Under the pieces are notes generated by a model that saw only the letters and a program-made list of their open reading frames with translations, did no database searches and was not told the origin of the DNA. From Opitutales bacterium (lineage in GTDB: Bacteria; Verrucomicrobiota; Verrucomicrobiia; Opitutales; UBA9783), in the NCBI GenBank assembly GCA_046881885.1, contig JBKSMP010000003.1:45441-77440 (forward strand): a stretch of DNA of 32,000 nt, given 5' to 3'. A program made the position numbers and the translations under genes. Shown here piece by piece: positions 1-10,372 of this stretch (positions are counted from its first letter, which is position 1; each line of letters starts with the position of its first letter).

Positions 1-2
1 GT

Positions 3-254
3 ATGAGTTATGGTGAAAATTTCTGTCCGAATTGCGGATATAAATTGAGAGAGCCAGTACGTAGGGAATGTAATGATATGCGTGGTAAAAAGTGCCGTGC
101 CTATTGGTTAAGAATGCGCCAAGAAGGACGCCTTTTCCCGCCGAAATTCTGTAAAGGTAATGAAATGTACCGCAATTGTCACGGAGATCACTGCAATTTT
201 AAACAAGATAAACGTCGTTGGGAGGATCCAAGAAAATGTTTGCCTGAAGCTTAA
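3..254 (+). CDS. hypothetical small Cys/His-rich protein (possible zinc ribbon)
   Basis: 83-codon ORF starting at ATG 3. It has a CPNC pair near the N-terminus plus five further Cys and several His. No family was recognised. The upstream context is off-window, so the start cannot be verified. Confidence 0.3.
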   Translation: MSYGENFCPNCGYKLREPVRRECNDMRGKKCRAYWLRMRQEGRLFPPKFCKGNEMYRNCHGDHCNFKQDKRRWEDPRKCLPEA

Positions 255-326
255 AAAAATATTCTGTTAATGTTTCATATTCTGCAATTATCGGGAAATA
301 AATTTTCGATTTTTGCAGTTTTTTAT

Positions 327-1670
327 TTAAGGTAACTTATTGGTAATCTGCATCGTAAACTTACCCGAATGATGCCAAATCGGATACGTTTGGCCAATTT
401 GAAGCGTTGGGATAGCCTTCAAATTCTTTCCACTTGTGTTAATCGGTGCAATAAAGCCTCGTTGCAGCTGTTTCTCAAGCGAAAAAGAAAGTAAGCGTTG
501 CTTGAGTTGTTCCAAATTTTTTTGGGGTTGTTGTGCTTGATTAAGAAAGCTTGCTTTTAATTGTTTTGCAAGACGATTGGTTGCTTGTTGCGCTTGTTTA
601 AGCGGCAATAGAAGGGTAGGGGATTGTAAGCGCGTATGAGCTAGGCGAACAGCTTGACGCTTCGTTTGAAGAAGTGTTTGAAATTTCTGGTAAAAAACTT
701 GTCTTGTTTGGAAAAGTTGACGTGTGTAGTTTGTATAGGTTTTTGCTGGATGTGCAAGTTTTAAACGTGTTTGCAGTTCTTGAAGACCTTGTTGTTTGTT
801 TTGAAGGTTCGAGCGCAAATAAGCTTGTAAATGTAATTGTAACTGTAAAACTTGCTGCGAAGATTGGGCGTAATGATGGGCGATCCATTCGGCAGCAGCA
901 GTAGGCGTTTCTGCTCGTAAATCGGCTACAAAATCACATAAGGTATAATCAATTTCGTGGCCGATTCCCGACAAAAGAGGTTTTTTACGTTTGGCTAAAG
1001 CACGAACCAGCTTTTCATCGTTAAAGCAGTTCAAATCTTCAAAACTTCCACCGCCTCGGATCATTACAATGGCTTCAATCGAAGGATTTCCTTCTAAGGT
1101 ACGAAAGGCTTTTGCGATGTCTAGAGGAGCACGAGCGCCTTGTACAAGCACGGATGCCAATGTAATACGTCCTTTCCAGTTTTTGCGTTGTAGAATTTTG
1201 ATAAAATCATGGAAAGCAGCACTGTTAGCGGCTGTTATAAGCCCAATGTGCTTGGGAAGTTTGGGAAAGATTTGTTTTTTGTCGGCATCAAACAGACCTT
1301 CTGCCTTAAGTTTTTGCTTCAATTGTTCGAAGGCTTGTTGAAGTTTGCCGATGCCCAAAGGATGAATGGCTCGAGCAATAATTTGATAGCGACCCGATGC
1401 TACATAGAGGTCCAAGCGGCCTTCTACGATAATGGAGCTTCCTTCGTGCAGATTTAAGTGTTGGATTTTGAGTGTTGTATCACGAAAAACAACGACTGGA
1501 ATTTGACTAGCGGCATCTTTTAGCGTAAAGTAGGTAATGCCATTAGAAGTTTTTAAATTGGAAATTTCTCCATAAACGGCTACAAAAGGAAAACTGTCTT
1601 TAATCAGCTGACGTAGGCATTGCGAAACTTCTTGAACAGAAAGAAGGCCTTTAACATGGGGCGTTAACAT
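327..1670 (-). CDS. xseA: exodeoxyribonuclease VII large subunit
   Basis: 447-aa ORF. It has an N-terminal OB-fold-like region (VAVYGEISNLK..GITYFTLKD) and a central region (IGLITAANSAAFHDFIKIL, MIRGGGSFEDL, SGIGHEIDYTLCDFVAD) typical of XseA, followed by a long C-terminal Q/L-rich helical tail. Confidence 0.9.
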   Translation of the reverse strand: MLTPHVKGLLSVQEVSQCLRQLIKDSFPFVAVYGEISNLKTSNGITYFTLKDAASQIPVVVFRDTTLKIQHLNLHEGSSIIVEGRLDLYVASGRYQIIARAIHPLGIGKLQQAFEQLKQKLKAEGLFDADKKQIFPKLPKHIGLITAANSAAFHDFIKILQRKNWKGRITLASVLVQGARAPLDIAKAFRTLEGNPSIEAIVMIRGGGSFEDLNCFNDEKLVRALAKRKKPLLSGIGHEIDYTLCDFVADLRAETPTAAAEWIAHHYAQSSQQVLQLQLHLQAYLRSNLQNKQQGLQELQTRLKLAHPAKTYTNYTRQLFQTRQVFYQKFQTLLQTKRQAVRLAHTRLQSPTLLLPLKQAQQATNRLAKQLKASFLNQAQQPQKNLEQLKQRLLSFSLEKQLQRGFIAPINTSGKNLKAIPTLQIGQTYPIWHHSGKFTMQITNKLP

Positions 1671-2359
1671 GGCGTTTTATCCAGTTTTTTGAAATAATAA
1701 TAAGCCTTACGTGTTAAGAAAATACCGAGTAAAAGAATACAGAAAATTGTTAAGCCCCATTTCCCTGTTTTAATCGCTTGGCCGCCGCAAACGAAGCCAC
1801 AGGCCCAAAGAAATTGTACAATCCAGCTTAGCCCTAAATAATGCCAAAAGCGAATGTCGGGTAGAGTCGCAAGGATGTAGCACTGTGCTGAATAAGGTAA
1901 ATGTGGAACTAGTTGAATCAGAAAGACCCATTTAAAGCTGCTTAAATCGCTTCGTTTTTTGAATTCAGGAATACCTTTTTTGCGAAAAATGATTTTAAAG
2001 ATAACCTTATTGATGCATTTGCGGTAAAAAAAGTAGGAAAAAACAAGATTAAATCCGATGCAAAGGAAACAGAGCGTTAATCCAATGCGAATCCCCCAAA
2101 TAGCTCCTGCTAAGACAAAAAACGGACTGATGGGGATTCCAAATGTTGGAAAAAACAGCATGCCCACTAATAATAGCAGGGCATGGTTTGAAATGAATCC
2201 ATAAAACTCAGATAGCCAAACTTTAAAAACATCACCAAAATCTGTTGTACGCAGAAGATAAATGATGACAAAAATTTGAACTAAAAGAAGCAGAGACCAA
2301 AAAGCTGTAAGGCCAACAAAACTCCCTTGTGTTCTTTGAGAACGGTTGGCCTTTTTCAT
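1664..2359 (-). CDS. DedA / TVP38-TMEM64 family membrane protein
   Basis: 231-aa ORF with multiple hydrophobic helices. The motif FPTFGIPISPFFVLAGAIWG resembles the VTT-domain core. A 7-nt overlap with the xseA start suggests co-transcription. Confidence 0.7.
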   Translation of the reverse strand: MKKANRSQRTQGSFVGLTAFWSLLLLVQIFVIIYLLRTTDFGDVFKVWLSEFYGFISNHALLLLVGMLFFPTFGIPISPFFVLAGAIWGIRIGLTLCFLCIGFNLVFSYFFYRKCINKVIFKIIFRKKGIPEFKKRSDLSSFKWVFLIQLVPHLPYSAQCYILATLPDIRFWHYLGLSWIVQFLWACGFVCGGQAIKTGKWGLTIFCILLLGIFLTRKAYYYFKKLDKTPC

Positions 2360-2365
2360 AAGCTT

Positions 2366-2467
2366 TTAGATCGACCACGTGCGTTTCCGGTGTCTTGTCG
2401 ACTTAGAACGCTTGCGGCGTTTGTGCTTATTCATTTTTAAAATACGTTTCTTTTTGAGGTTTCCCAT
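2366..2467 (-). CDS. 33-aa highly basic peptide, bS22 / AURKAIP1-COX24-like small ribosomal-type protein
   Basis: Hand translation of the minus strand gives [33 protein letters not shown] followed by a stop. The ORF is below the ORF-track length cutoff. It lies 6 nt upstream of the DedA gene on the same strand. The pattern MG-x-LKKKR-x-KMxKHKRRKR matches the small basic protein family as I remember it. Confidence 0.5.
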   Translation of the reverse strand: MGNLKKKRILKMNKHKRRKRSKSTRHRKRTWSI

Positions 2468-2600
2468 AATAAATTCTTCTTTATACAGCAGACCGTAATT
2501 TTTCAAAGAAGTAAAGCTTATTATTTAAAAAATTTTCAGCTGTAGTTTTTATATGTTATTAAATTGACAAATAATTGTCTTTTAAATAATCATCGTAGGC

Positions 2601-3767
2601 ATGAAAAAGATGTCAATATTTATTGTGTTTGTTTGCACTGTTTTTTTTAATAATGTAATTGCTGCAACGGGTTGGTTGTTTAAGACAGAAGAAGAAGCGA
2701 AACAAGCTTTCCCTAATAGTGTAATAAAATCAATAATTATTGCAGATCCTAGTTACGACCAGACATTTAAAAAAATATTGTCAACTAGTGAATCTAGCAA
2801 AAGCTGTTTAATAAGTTTTTTAAATAGTCTTTATTATCCAGATGCAACAAAGGCGAATGATTTTAAGATACAAGAGGTAGATGCATTAGAAAAAGATAAT
2901 GTACGATTGGGGGCTACTAGCTCATTGGGTATGAAAATTTGTGATGTTGTATGTAGATGTACTTGTTATCGTAACCTTGCAACGGATGAAGATGAAGAAA
3001 AATCTAGAAAAAGAACAAAAGAGGAAAGAGATGAGTGTTCTTTTGATATAGAAATGCAAAGGTCTTGTGATGTTAACATCCTTACAAGAGCTGTTGATTA
3101 TTCAATAGAATTAAAAAGAAAGTATGTAAATGATAAAATAAAAGTGTTGGTTTTGTGGAATTATGTAGGAAATGGTCATGAAAGGATTATAGGTTCTTAT
3201 GGTTTTGGAAAAAAAGATCGTAGAACTGGTAATTTTATTGAAGAGGTCAAAGAAGAGGATGATATGCCCATAGAAATAATTGATCTTCGAGAATATAAGC
3301 AGATTAATCTTGATGAGAAATATATCAATCGGAAGCTAATACAAGATTTAGGCATAACATGGTTAAGACTTTTTGCAATTAGGCAATGGCATAAATCTAG
3401 TGATGGTAGATTTAAAGTGTTTTATCCTGTTAATCTATTGCATGAAGATGTAAAAAAAGCCTTGAATATTTTAGAAAAGATCGATGAAGAAACTTTAAAA
3501 GAAGCGATAAGGCAAGAAAAGCAACAAGAAGGAATTCAGACAGGTGCTATACAAAATGCACTTATAGATAATGCTATAAATTTTATAAAAACTCTTACGA
3601 TAACGCTAAAGCAAGTAGTTGAAGTTTCAAAGTTTAGTGAAGAAATGACTGAAGAGCTTATATTAGGACTAAAGAGAGAAGAGTATGATTTAGAATCTTT
3701 AAAACAACAAATAGATGAATTAGATTTTTCAGATAACTGGAAGGCTAAAATAAAAGCAAAATTGTAA
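2601..3767 (+). CDS. PD-(D/E)XK nuclease family (Rpn/YhgA-like putative transposase) protein with N-terminal hydrophobic segment
   Basis: 388-aa ORF. The block FKKIL..LISFLNSL..I.EVDALEKDN..D..C...FDIEMQ and the later IEIIDLREYK....WLRLF follow the order of conserved blocks in the PDDEXK_2/Rpn family. The N-terminus MKKMSIFIVFVCTVFFNNVIAA looks like a signal peptide or membrane anchor. Confidence 0.5.
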   Translation: MKKMSIFIVFVCTVFFNNVIAATGWLFKTEEEAKQAFPNSVIKSIIIADPSYDQTFKKILSTSESSKSCLISFLNSLYYPDATKANDFKIQEVDALEKDNVRLGATSSLGMKICDVVCRCTCYRNLATDEDEEKSRKRTKEERDECSFDIEMQRSCDVNILTRAVDYSIELKRKYVNDKIKVLVLWNYVGNGHERIIGSYGFGKKDRRTGNFIEEVKEEDDMPIEIIDLREYKQINLDEKYINRKLIQDLGITWLRLFAIRQWHKSSDGRFKVFYPVNLLHEDVKKALNILEKIDEETLKEAIRQEKQQEGIQTGAIQNALIDNAINFIKTLTITLKQVVEVSKFSEEMTEELILGLKREEYDLESLKQQIDELDFSDNWKAKIKAKL

Positions 3768-3796
3768 GAGTAAAATTTAGAAAATAGTATTTTAAA

Positions 3797-3830
3797 GGAT
3801 CTTACATGTATTTACATGTAGGATTTTTTT
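3797..3830 (+). terminator. rho-independent terminator after the Rpn-like gene
   Basis: The 11-bp stem atcttacatgt / acatgtaggat contains one G-T pair and has a 4-nt loop. A run of 7 T (3824-3830) follows directly. Confidence 0.55.
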
Positions 3831-3879
3831 GTGTAATTTTTACCTATAAATTTTTTTAAATCTGCCGTGTTATAGAAAT

Positions 3880-4995
3880 ATGGCAGTACAATTGGAGAAT
3901 TTGATTCAGATGGCGATGCAGGAACGAGCATCCGATATTCACTTGCGGTTTGAAGAAAAACCGATTTTTCGTATTGATGGAACGATACGGGTTTTGGAGA
4001 TGCCGGTGTTATCTCAAGAAGATTTGGATGTATATGTAAAGGCATTGGTACCGGAACGATTGCTCGCGAGTCTTAAGGTGACAAAAGAGCTAGACTTTGC
4101 TTATGAGCCTGAGATTGAAGGGGAAAAGGTTCGTTTACGGGCCAATGTTTTTTTAGCACAAGATCATTATGGTATTGTACTGCGACTTGTTCAAGAAAAG
4201 CCATTTCAATTAGATGAATTAGGTTTTCCTGATTATTCTTTGCAAAAAATAAAAGAATTGTTGCATTCTCCAAGAGGATTGTTACTTGTTGTAGGGCCGA
4301 CGGGATCTGGAAAATCGACAACGTTAGCGGCGATGATCGATTACATTAATGAAACCTGCAATAAGCATATTATTACGATTGAAGATCCTATTGAGTATAT
4401 TTATCAACGGAGACGTTGCATCATAACACAGCGAGAATTAGGACGTGATACGGCTTCTTTCCAAAAGGCCTTAGCAGGAGCCTTACGACAAGATCCAGAT
4501 GTTATTTTGGTAGGAGAAATGCGTGATTTAGCGACGATAGAAGCGGCGGTTTCTGCTGCAGAAACAGGGCATTTGGTCTTGTCAACACTGCATACAACGG
4601 GTTCTTCGCGTACCGTAGACCGTATCATTGATGCTTTCCCAGAAGGCAGTAAGGAGCTTGTTCGTACTCAATTAGCGTCGAATTTGATTGGTGTTATTTC
4701 TCAAGTTCTGTGTAAGAAAAAAGAAGGTGTGGGACGTTTACCTGCTTTTGAAATTATGATGCATTCGGATTCGGTTGCGAATTTGATTCGTGAAAACAAG
4801 GTTTTCCGTATTCAAACGGAATTGGAAACGAATCAGCGTTTGGGTATGTTACCTTTAGATAAGCACTTATTTCAACTTTGGCAGGAAGAAAAGATTACTC
4901 AAGAAGAGGCTTTATCAAAGGCTTTACTTGTTAAAGAATTGGAAGCTCGGATGCAAGCAAGTCCGTTAAAAAAGAAAGGCTTATTTTCTCTTTGA
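3880..4995 (+). CDS. pilT: PilT-type twitching-motility / secretion ATPase
   Basis: 371-aa ORF with Walker A GPTGSGKST, Walker B ILVGEMRD, His box GHLVLSTLHT and a PilT-type ANLIRENK motif. The N-terminus contains ASDIHL. Confidence 0.85.
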   Translation: MAVQLENLIQMAMQERASDIHLRFEEKPIFRIDGTIRVLEMPVLSQEDLDVYVKALVPERLLASLKVTKELDFAYEPEIEGEKVRLRANVFLAQDHYGIVLRLVQEKPFQLDELGFPDYSLQKIKELLHSPRGLLLVVGPTGSGKSTTLAAMIDYINETCNKHIITIEDPIEYIYQRRRCIITQRELGRDTASFQKALAGALRQDPDVILVGEMRDLATIEAAVSAAETGHLVLSTLHTTGSSRTVDRIIDAFPEGSKELVRTQLASNLIGVISQVLCKKKEGVGRLPAFEIMMHSDSVANLIRENKVFRIQTELETNQRLGMLPLDKHLFQLWQEEKITQEEALSKALLVKELEARMQASPLKKKGLFSL

Positions 4996-5027
4996 TTTTT
5001 CTCTAAAAATGCATTTTTTTAGAATGT

Positions 5028-7211
<2,184 letters not shown>

Positions 7212-7288
7212 TCTGAAGTTAAACTAGTGTCAGAACTTGTTTGAAGGTAATTACGATTGCTAAAATTTTCTTTTGATTGCATGAGATT

Positions 7289-8092
7289 TTACAAATCGTC
7301 CAAAAGTTTAAAGCGTTCTATGGATACTGCACAGCGTGTAGCAAGATTCAGCTTAACACAGACGCCATTTAGGACTTTGGGCCCATTTGTTGTAACTTCA
7401 AAACGTCCAGGCTTCCCTTTTATTGCTTTTTCAAGAACGGTATCAACAGAAAAACCTAAAACACTATTATAACTACCACACATCCCAAGATCACAAATAA
7501 AAGCGGTTTTGTCGTTTAAAAGCCGCTCATCTGCAGTAGGAATATGAGTATGCGTCCCCACAACACAACCAACCCCTAATCGACTTAAAAACCAACCTAG
7601 TGCGTACTTATCTGCTGTCGCTTCAGCATGAATATCTACAATAAAATTAGAAACACCTTCTGCTTTCAAGGTTTCGATTAGTTGCTGACATGCCTTGAAC
7701 GGACAGTCGAGTGCTCCATGCATGAATCCACGGCCCATAACGCAAAAAAGCGCTATTTTGCGACCATTATGCTCAAAAATTAGATAAGTTTTGCCCGGAC
7801 ACTCACTTGGAAAATTGATAGGCCGACAAATGTAGTCTAGATTGTCGATCTCATTCCAAAAACCTCGCTGATCCCAAGTATGATTGCCTAGTGTAATACC
7901 AGCAATTCCCAAGTTCTTTATTTCTTGCGCAATAGAGGCGTTGATGCCAAATCCACCTGCCGCATTTTCCCCATTTGCAAAAACAAAGTCTGCTTGATAA
8001 CGCTCTACTAAATTAGATAGTTGCTTTTTTAGGATAATTCGTCCAGGCTGTCCAACAACATCTCCTAAAAACAAAAAACAACACTCAGACAT
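7289..8092 (-). CDS. ymdB: YmdB-family metallophosphoesterase (TIGR00282-type)
   Basis: 267-aa ORF with GDVVGQPGR, NGENAAGGFGI, GNHTWD, DIHAEATADK and VGTHTHIPTAD. This is the metallophosphoesterase motif series of YmdB. Confidence 0.85.
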   Translation of the reverse strand: MSECCFLFLGDVVGQPGRIILKKQLSNLVERYQADFVFANGENAAGGFGINASIAQEIKNLGIAGITLGNHTWDQRGFWNEIDNLDYICRPINFPSECPGKTYLIFEHNGRKIALFCVMGRGFMHGALDCPFKACQQLIETLKAEGVSNFIVDIHAEATADKYALGWFLSRLGVGCVVGTHTHIPTADERLLNDKTAFICDLGMCGSYNSVLGFSVDTVLEKAIKGKPGRFEVTTNGPKVLNGVCVKLNLATRCAVSIERFKLLDDL

Positions 8093-8126
8093 TATTACCC
8101 TTAGGCTTAAGAAAAATTGTGAAAAT

Positions 8127-8202
8127 TGGTGGGCCCTGTAGGATTCGAACCTACGACCAAAGGATTATGAGTCCTCTGCTCTAACCGCTGAGCTAAGAGC
8201 CC
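8127..8202 (-). tRNA. tRNA with anticodon CAU (elongator Met, or Ile2 if lysidine-modified)
   Basis: The reverse complement GGGCTCTTAGCTCAGCGGTTAGAGCAGAGGACTCATAATCCTTTGGTCGTAGGTTCGAATCCTACAGGGCCCACCA folds as a cloverleaf. The anticodon loop is CTCATAA and CCA is encoded. Its overall resemblance to E. coli ileX makes Ile2 plausible. Confidence 0.9.
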
Positions 8203-8267
8203 TTTTATTGTAAAAAAACATATTTTTATTCCGATAACAAGCTTTTTTGAAAGAGATTTTTATTTTT

Positions 8268-8987
8268 TTAGAGAAAATTAGACGTCCTGCAAAAGTGAGA
8301 GGACATGAAATACTTAAAACATCTGATAGCTGTGCTTGGGCTATTTAGCTCTGGAGAGGTTGTAAATTCCGACAATAGTATGAAAATTTTGGAATAGAGG
8401 TCGAGGTGGCCGCGGTAACGGCCAGGATATGCCATTTTTTGAGATGTGCGAAGGAGTGTTCGATAAGGATCAAGTAAAAGAAAATTTAAAATGACATCTG
8501 TAATCTGATCGCAAACCACAAGCATTTTGGCAGGATGTTTAAAAAATTCTGCAACGAGCGAGTTTAGTGTTGCGGGTTTGTTCAGCTGCAGATAGAGAGC
8601 CATTTTTTTGCTTTTTCTTCAGCAAAATTACCGCAGCTGAATGCTCATTTTGCAGATCTTGTTTATTGGAGTCTTCCAAAATTGGAACGGTGGAAGTGGG
8701 CCTTCAGTTTTACGGATTTCGAAGTCGTGAACACGGCCTTCATAGAGTTTAGATATGCGTAAAATCCGGCCATTTGGCTCGATGACAACTTCCGTTTTAG
8801 CGTGTGGGTATGGGCTTTTCCCAGAGTAATTTTTGGGGCCGTTCAATTCGTTGTTCGGTAGCGTCTACGATAAGCAACTGCAGGTCGTTTTCGCTCAATA
8901 TTGGATTTGGTTTTACCCTCAAAACCCTTTCTGTAAGCGGTACTATTCACTTTATCGTTCGGCAAATTGTTGCCTCGTCAATCTCAT
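8268..8987 (-). pseudogene. degraded IS transposase (IS5/Harbinger-type, DDE_Tnp_4-like), multiply frameshifted
   Basis: The minus-strand pieces lie in three frames. They are MRLTRQQFAER followed by a stop (HTH-like start), then KPNPILSENDLQLLIVDATEQRIERPQK, then after a frameshift NYSGKSPYPHAKTEVVIEPNGRILRISKLYEGRVHDFEI, then ORF 8268-8603 with the C-terminal part. The order matches the intact pattern D-TE--IERP---YSGKKKRHT-K-Q....G--HD. The KKKRHT block has decayed to KSPYPHA. Confidence 0.6.
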
Positions 8988-9129
8988 GCGAAGCAAAGAG
9001 GACCACGGATTTTACCCCTGGATTTCTATTATGAACCAACTATAAGTAGCTCAATTTTTACAAGACACCTAATTTGAATAAATTATAAATTTCTTATTTT
9101 AGGCACAAGACTTGCTTAATACGGAAGTA

Positions 9130-9348
9130 ATGTCTATTGATTTAAAAAAATATTATTGGGTAAATGGTTGCTTTTTAAGTTTTTTACTTGTTTTCACCAC
9201 TGGAGTGTTGAAACAACAAAAGCTCTTAATGACATTGAGTTATGCGACTTTAACTCTATTTTTAGGCTTTTTGTTAACCTTTATTGCTTTAAGTAGAAGT
9301 AATTCTCATGGAGAGGTTTTTTTAAAGTCTAGGAAAAAGAAAGGATAA
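9130..9348 (+). CDS. small membrane protein (2 predicted TM helices), hypothetical
   Basis: 72 codons from ATG 9130; the track uses TTG 9112. Two hydrophobic stretches are present (GCFLSFLLVFTTGVL and LTLFLGFLLTFIAL). The stop lies 3 nt before the sigma-28 start, so the two are probably co-transcribed. Confidence 0.4.
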   Translation: MSIDLKKYYWVNGCFLSFLLVFTTGVLKQQKLLMTLSYATLTLFLGFLLTFIALSRSNSHGEVFLKSRKKKG

Positions 9349-9351
9349 TCG

Positions 9352-10131
9352 ATGCGGGTTGCTTCAAAAGAAAATAATTTCGTGAAAACGAAATTTTGTC
9401 CATCAGTCGTCGAAAGAGAGCCAGATTGGGGGTTGGTAAAACAGTATTTGCCTTTGTTAAAATCCATTGTAAATAAAGTTTTGATGAATACACCACCGAC
9501 TATTGATCGGGAAAGTTTTTATACATTGGGACTCTTAGGGCTTATTTCTGCATCAAAAACATTTAATAAAACATCCTGTAATGCTTTTGGTAGGTATGCG
9601 GCCATAAAAATTCGTGGAGCATTATTGGACGAATTTAGGCATTTGGATTGGCTTACAAGAGGCTTGCGAAAAAAAATAAGAGTTTTTAAGCAAAAAGTAG
9701 AGGCATTGCAACAGAATTTAGGACGTCCTCCGTTGGATGAAGAAATTTGCAATTACCTACACCTTTCCAAAAAGGAGGTTGAAAAATTAAAGCCTTTACT
9801 AAATCCGCAACTTTTTATTCCTATCGAACCCGTTCGTGATTCTTTGGAGCCTAAACAAGAACAGAAATCTTTTCGCTTGTCTGAAAAATTAGCGGATGTA
9901 AATCAATTTACAAGTCGTGAAATTTGTGAACGTAATGAGATCAAAGCATTGTTGATAACATATTTGAAAGAAATGCCAAAATTAGTTCAGCAAGTCTTTG
10001 CATTGCATTATGTCGAAGGGTTGTTTTTTACAGAAATTGCAAGAATTTTCAATTTAAGTGAATCGAGAGTTTGCCAATTGCATACAGAAACGCTTCTTAA
10101 ATTACGGCGAAAACTTCAAAAACAATTGTAA
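9352..10131 (+). CDS. fliA: RNA polymerase sigma-28 factor (FliA/WhiG group)
   Basis: 259-aa ORF. The region 2 equivalent is RYAAIKIRGALLDEFRHLDW. The region 4.2 HTH is FTEIARIFNLSESRVCQLHTETLLKLRRKL. Size and block order fit the sigma-28 group. Confidence 0.9.
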   Translation: MRVASKENNFVKTKFCPSVVEREPDWGLVKQYLPLLKSIVNKVLMNTPPTIDRESFYTLGLLGLISASKTFNKTSCNAFGRYAAIKIRGALLDEFRHLDWLTRGLRKKIRVFKQKVEALQQNLGRPPLDEEICNYLHLSKKEVEKLKPLLNPQLFIPIEPVRDSLEPKQEQKSFRLSEKLADVNQFTSREICERNEIKALLITYLKEMPKLVQQVFALHYVEGLFFTEIARIFNLSESRVCQLHTETLLKLRRKLQKQL

Positions 10132-10312
10132 GATAAATTGTAAACTCACTATTTTCTTTATTTTTTAGGTACACAAAATGTCTAAAAAATCTTCACTTTG
10201 TTTGCTGATGTAAGAATTTTTGACCACATAAAGTTGTTTAAGAATAGAAATATCCGCAAATAAAACCTGTTAGTTCAAATGACTGGGAAAGACAAAAATT
10301 ATTCGATATTTT

Positions 10313-10342
10313 ACTTAAAAACCTGCCATTGGAAGCAGGTTT
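10313..10342 (-). terminator. hairpin terminator between convergent sigma-28 and SSF-kinase genes
   Basis: The 8-bp stem aaacctgc / gcaggttt (10319-10326 and 10335-10342) has an 8-nt loop. On the minus strand it is followed by TTTTAAG. It lies 31 nt past the kinase stop. Confidence 0.45.
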
Positions 10343-10372
10343 AGTGTTTTATAAGGCTATGAATACAAAGGC

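Noticed and set aside
598-1457. Four overlapping or antisense ORFs inside xseA (598-888 minus; 674-904, 991-1341 and 1209-1457 plus).
   Set aside because: They lie entirely within a well-supported xseA reading frame. Their translations are low-complexity with no recognisable motifs. They are typical shadow ORFs.
3812-4045. 77-aa minus-strand ORF overlapping the pilT start and the upstream terminator. The same reasoning applies to the antisense ORFs at 4073-4321, 4404-4628, 5178-5456, 7257-7472, 14776-14979, 15742-15966, 15997-16605, 17199-17441, 19761-20030, 22271-22582 and 23615-23812, and those within 27786-29387 and 30804-31037.
   Set aside because: All lie inside, or antisense to, strongly supported genes and show no family features.
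8804-9045. Plus-strand ORFs 8804-9034 and 8833-9045.
   Set aside because: They are antisense to the transposase remnant, whose minus-strand fragments carry the recognisable blocks. The plus-strand ORFs have no motif support.
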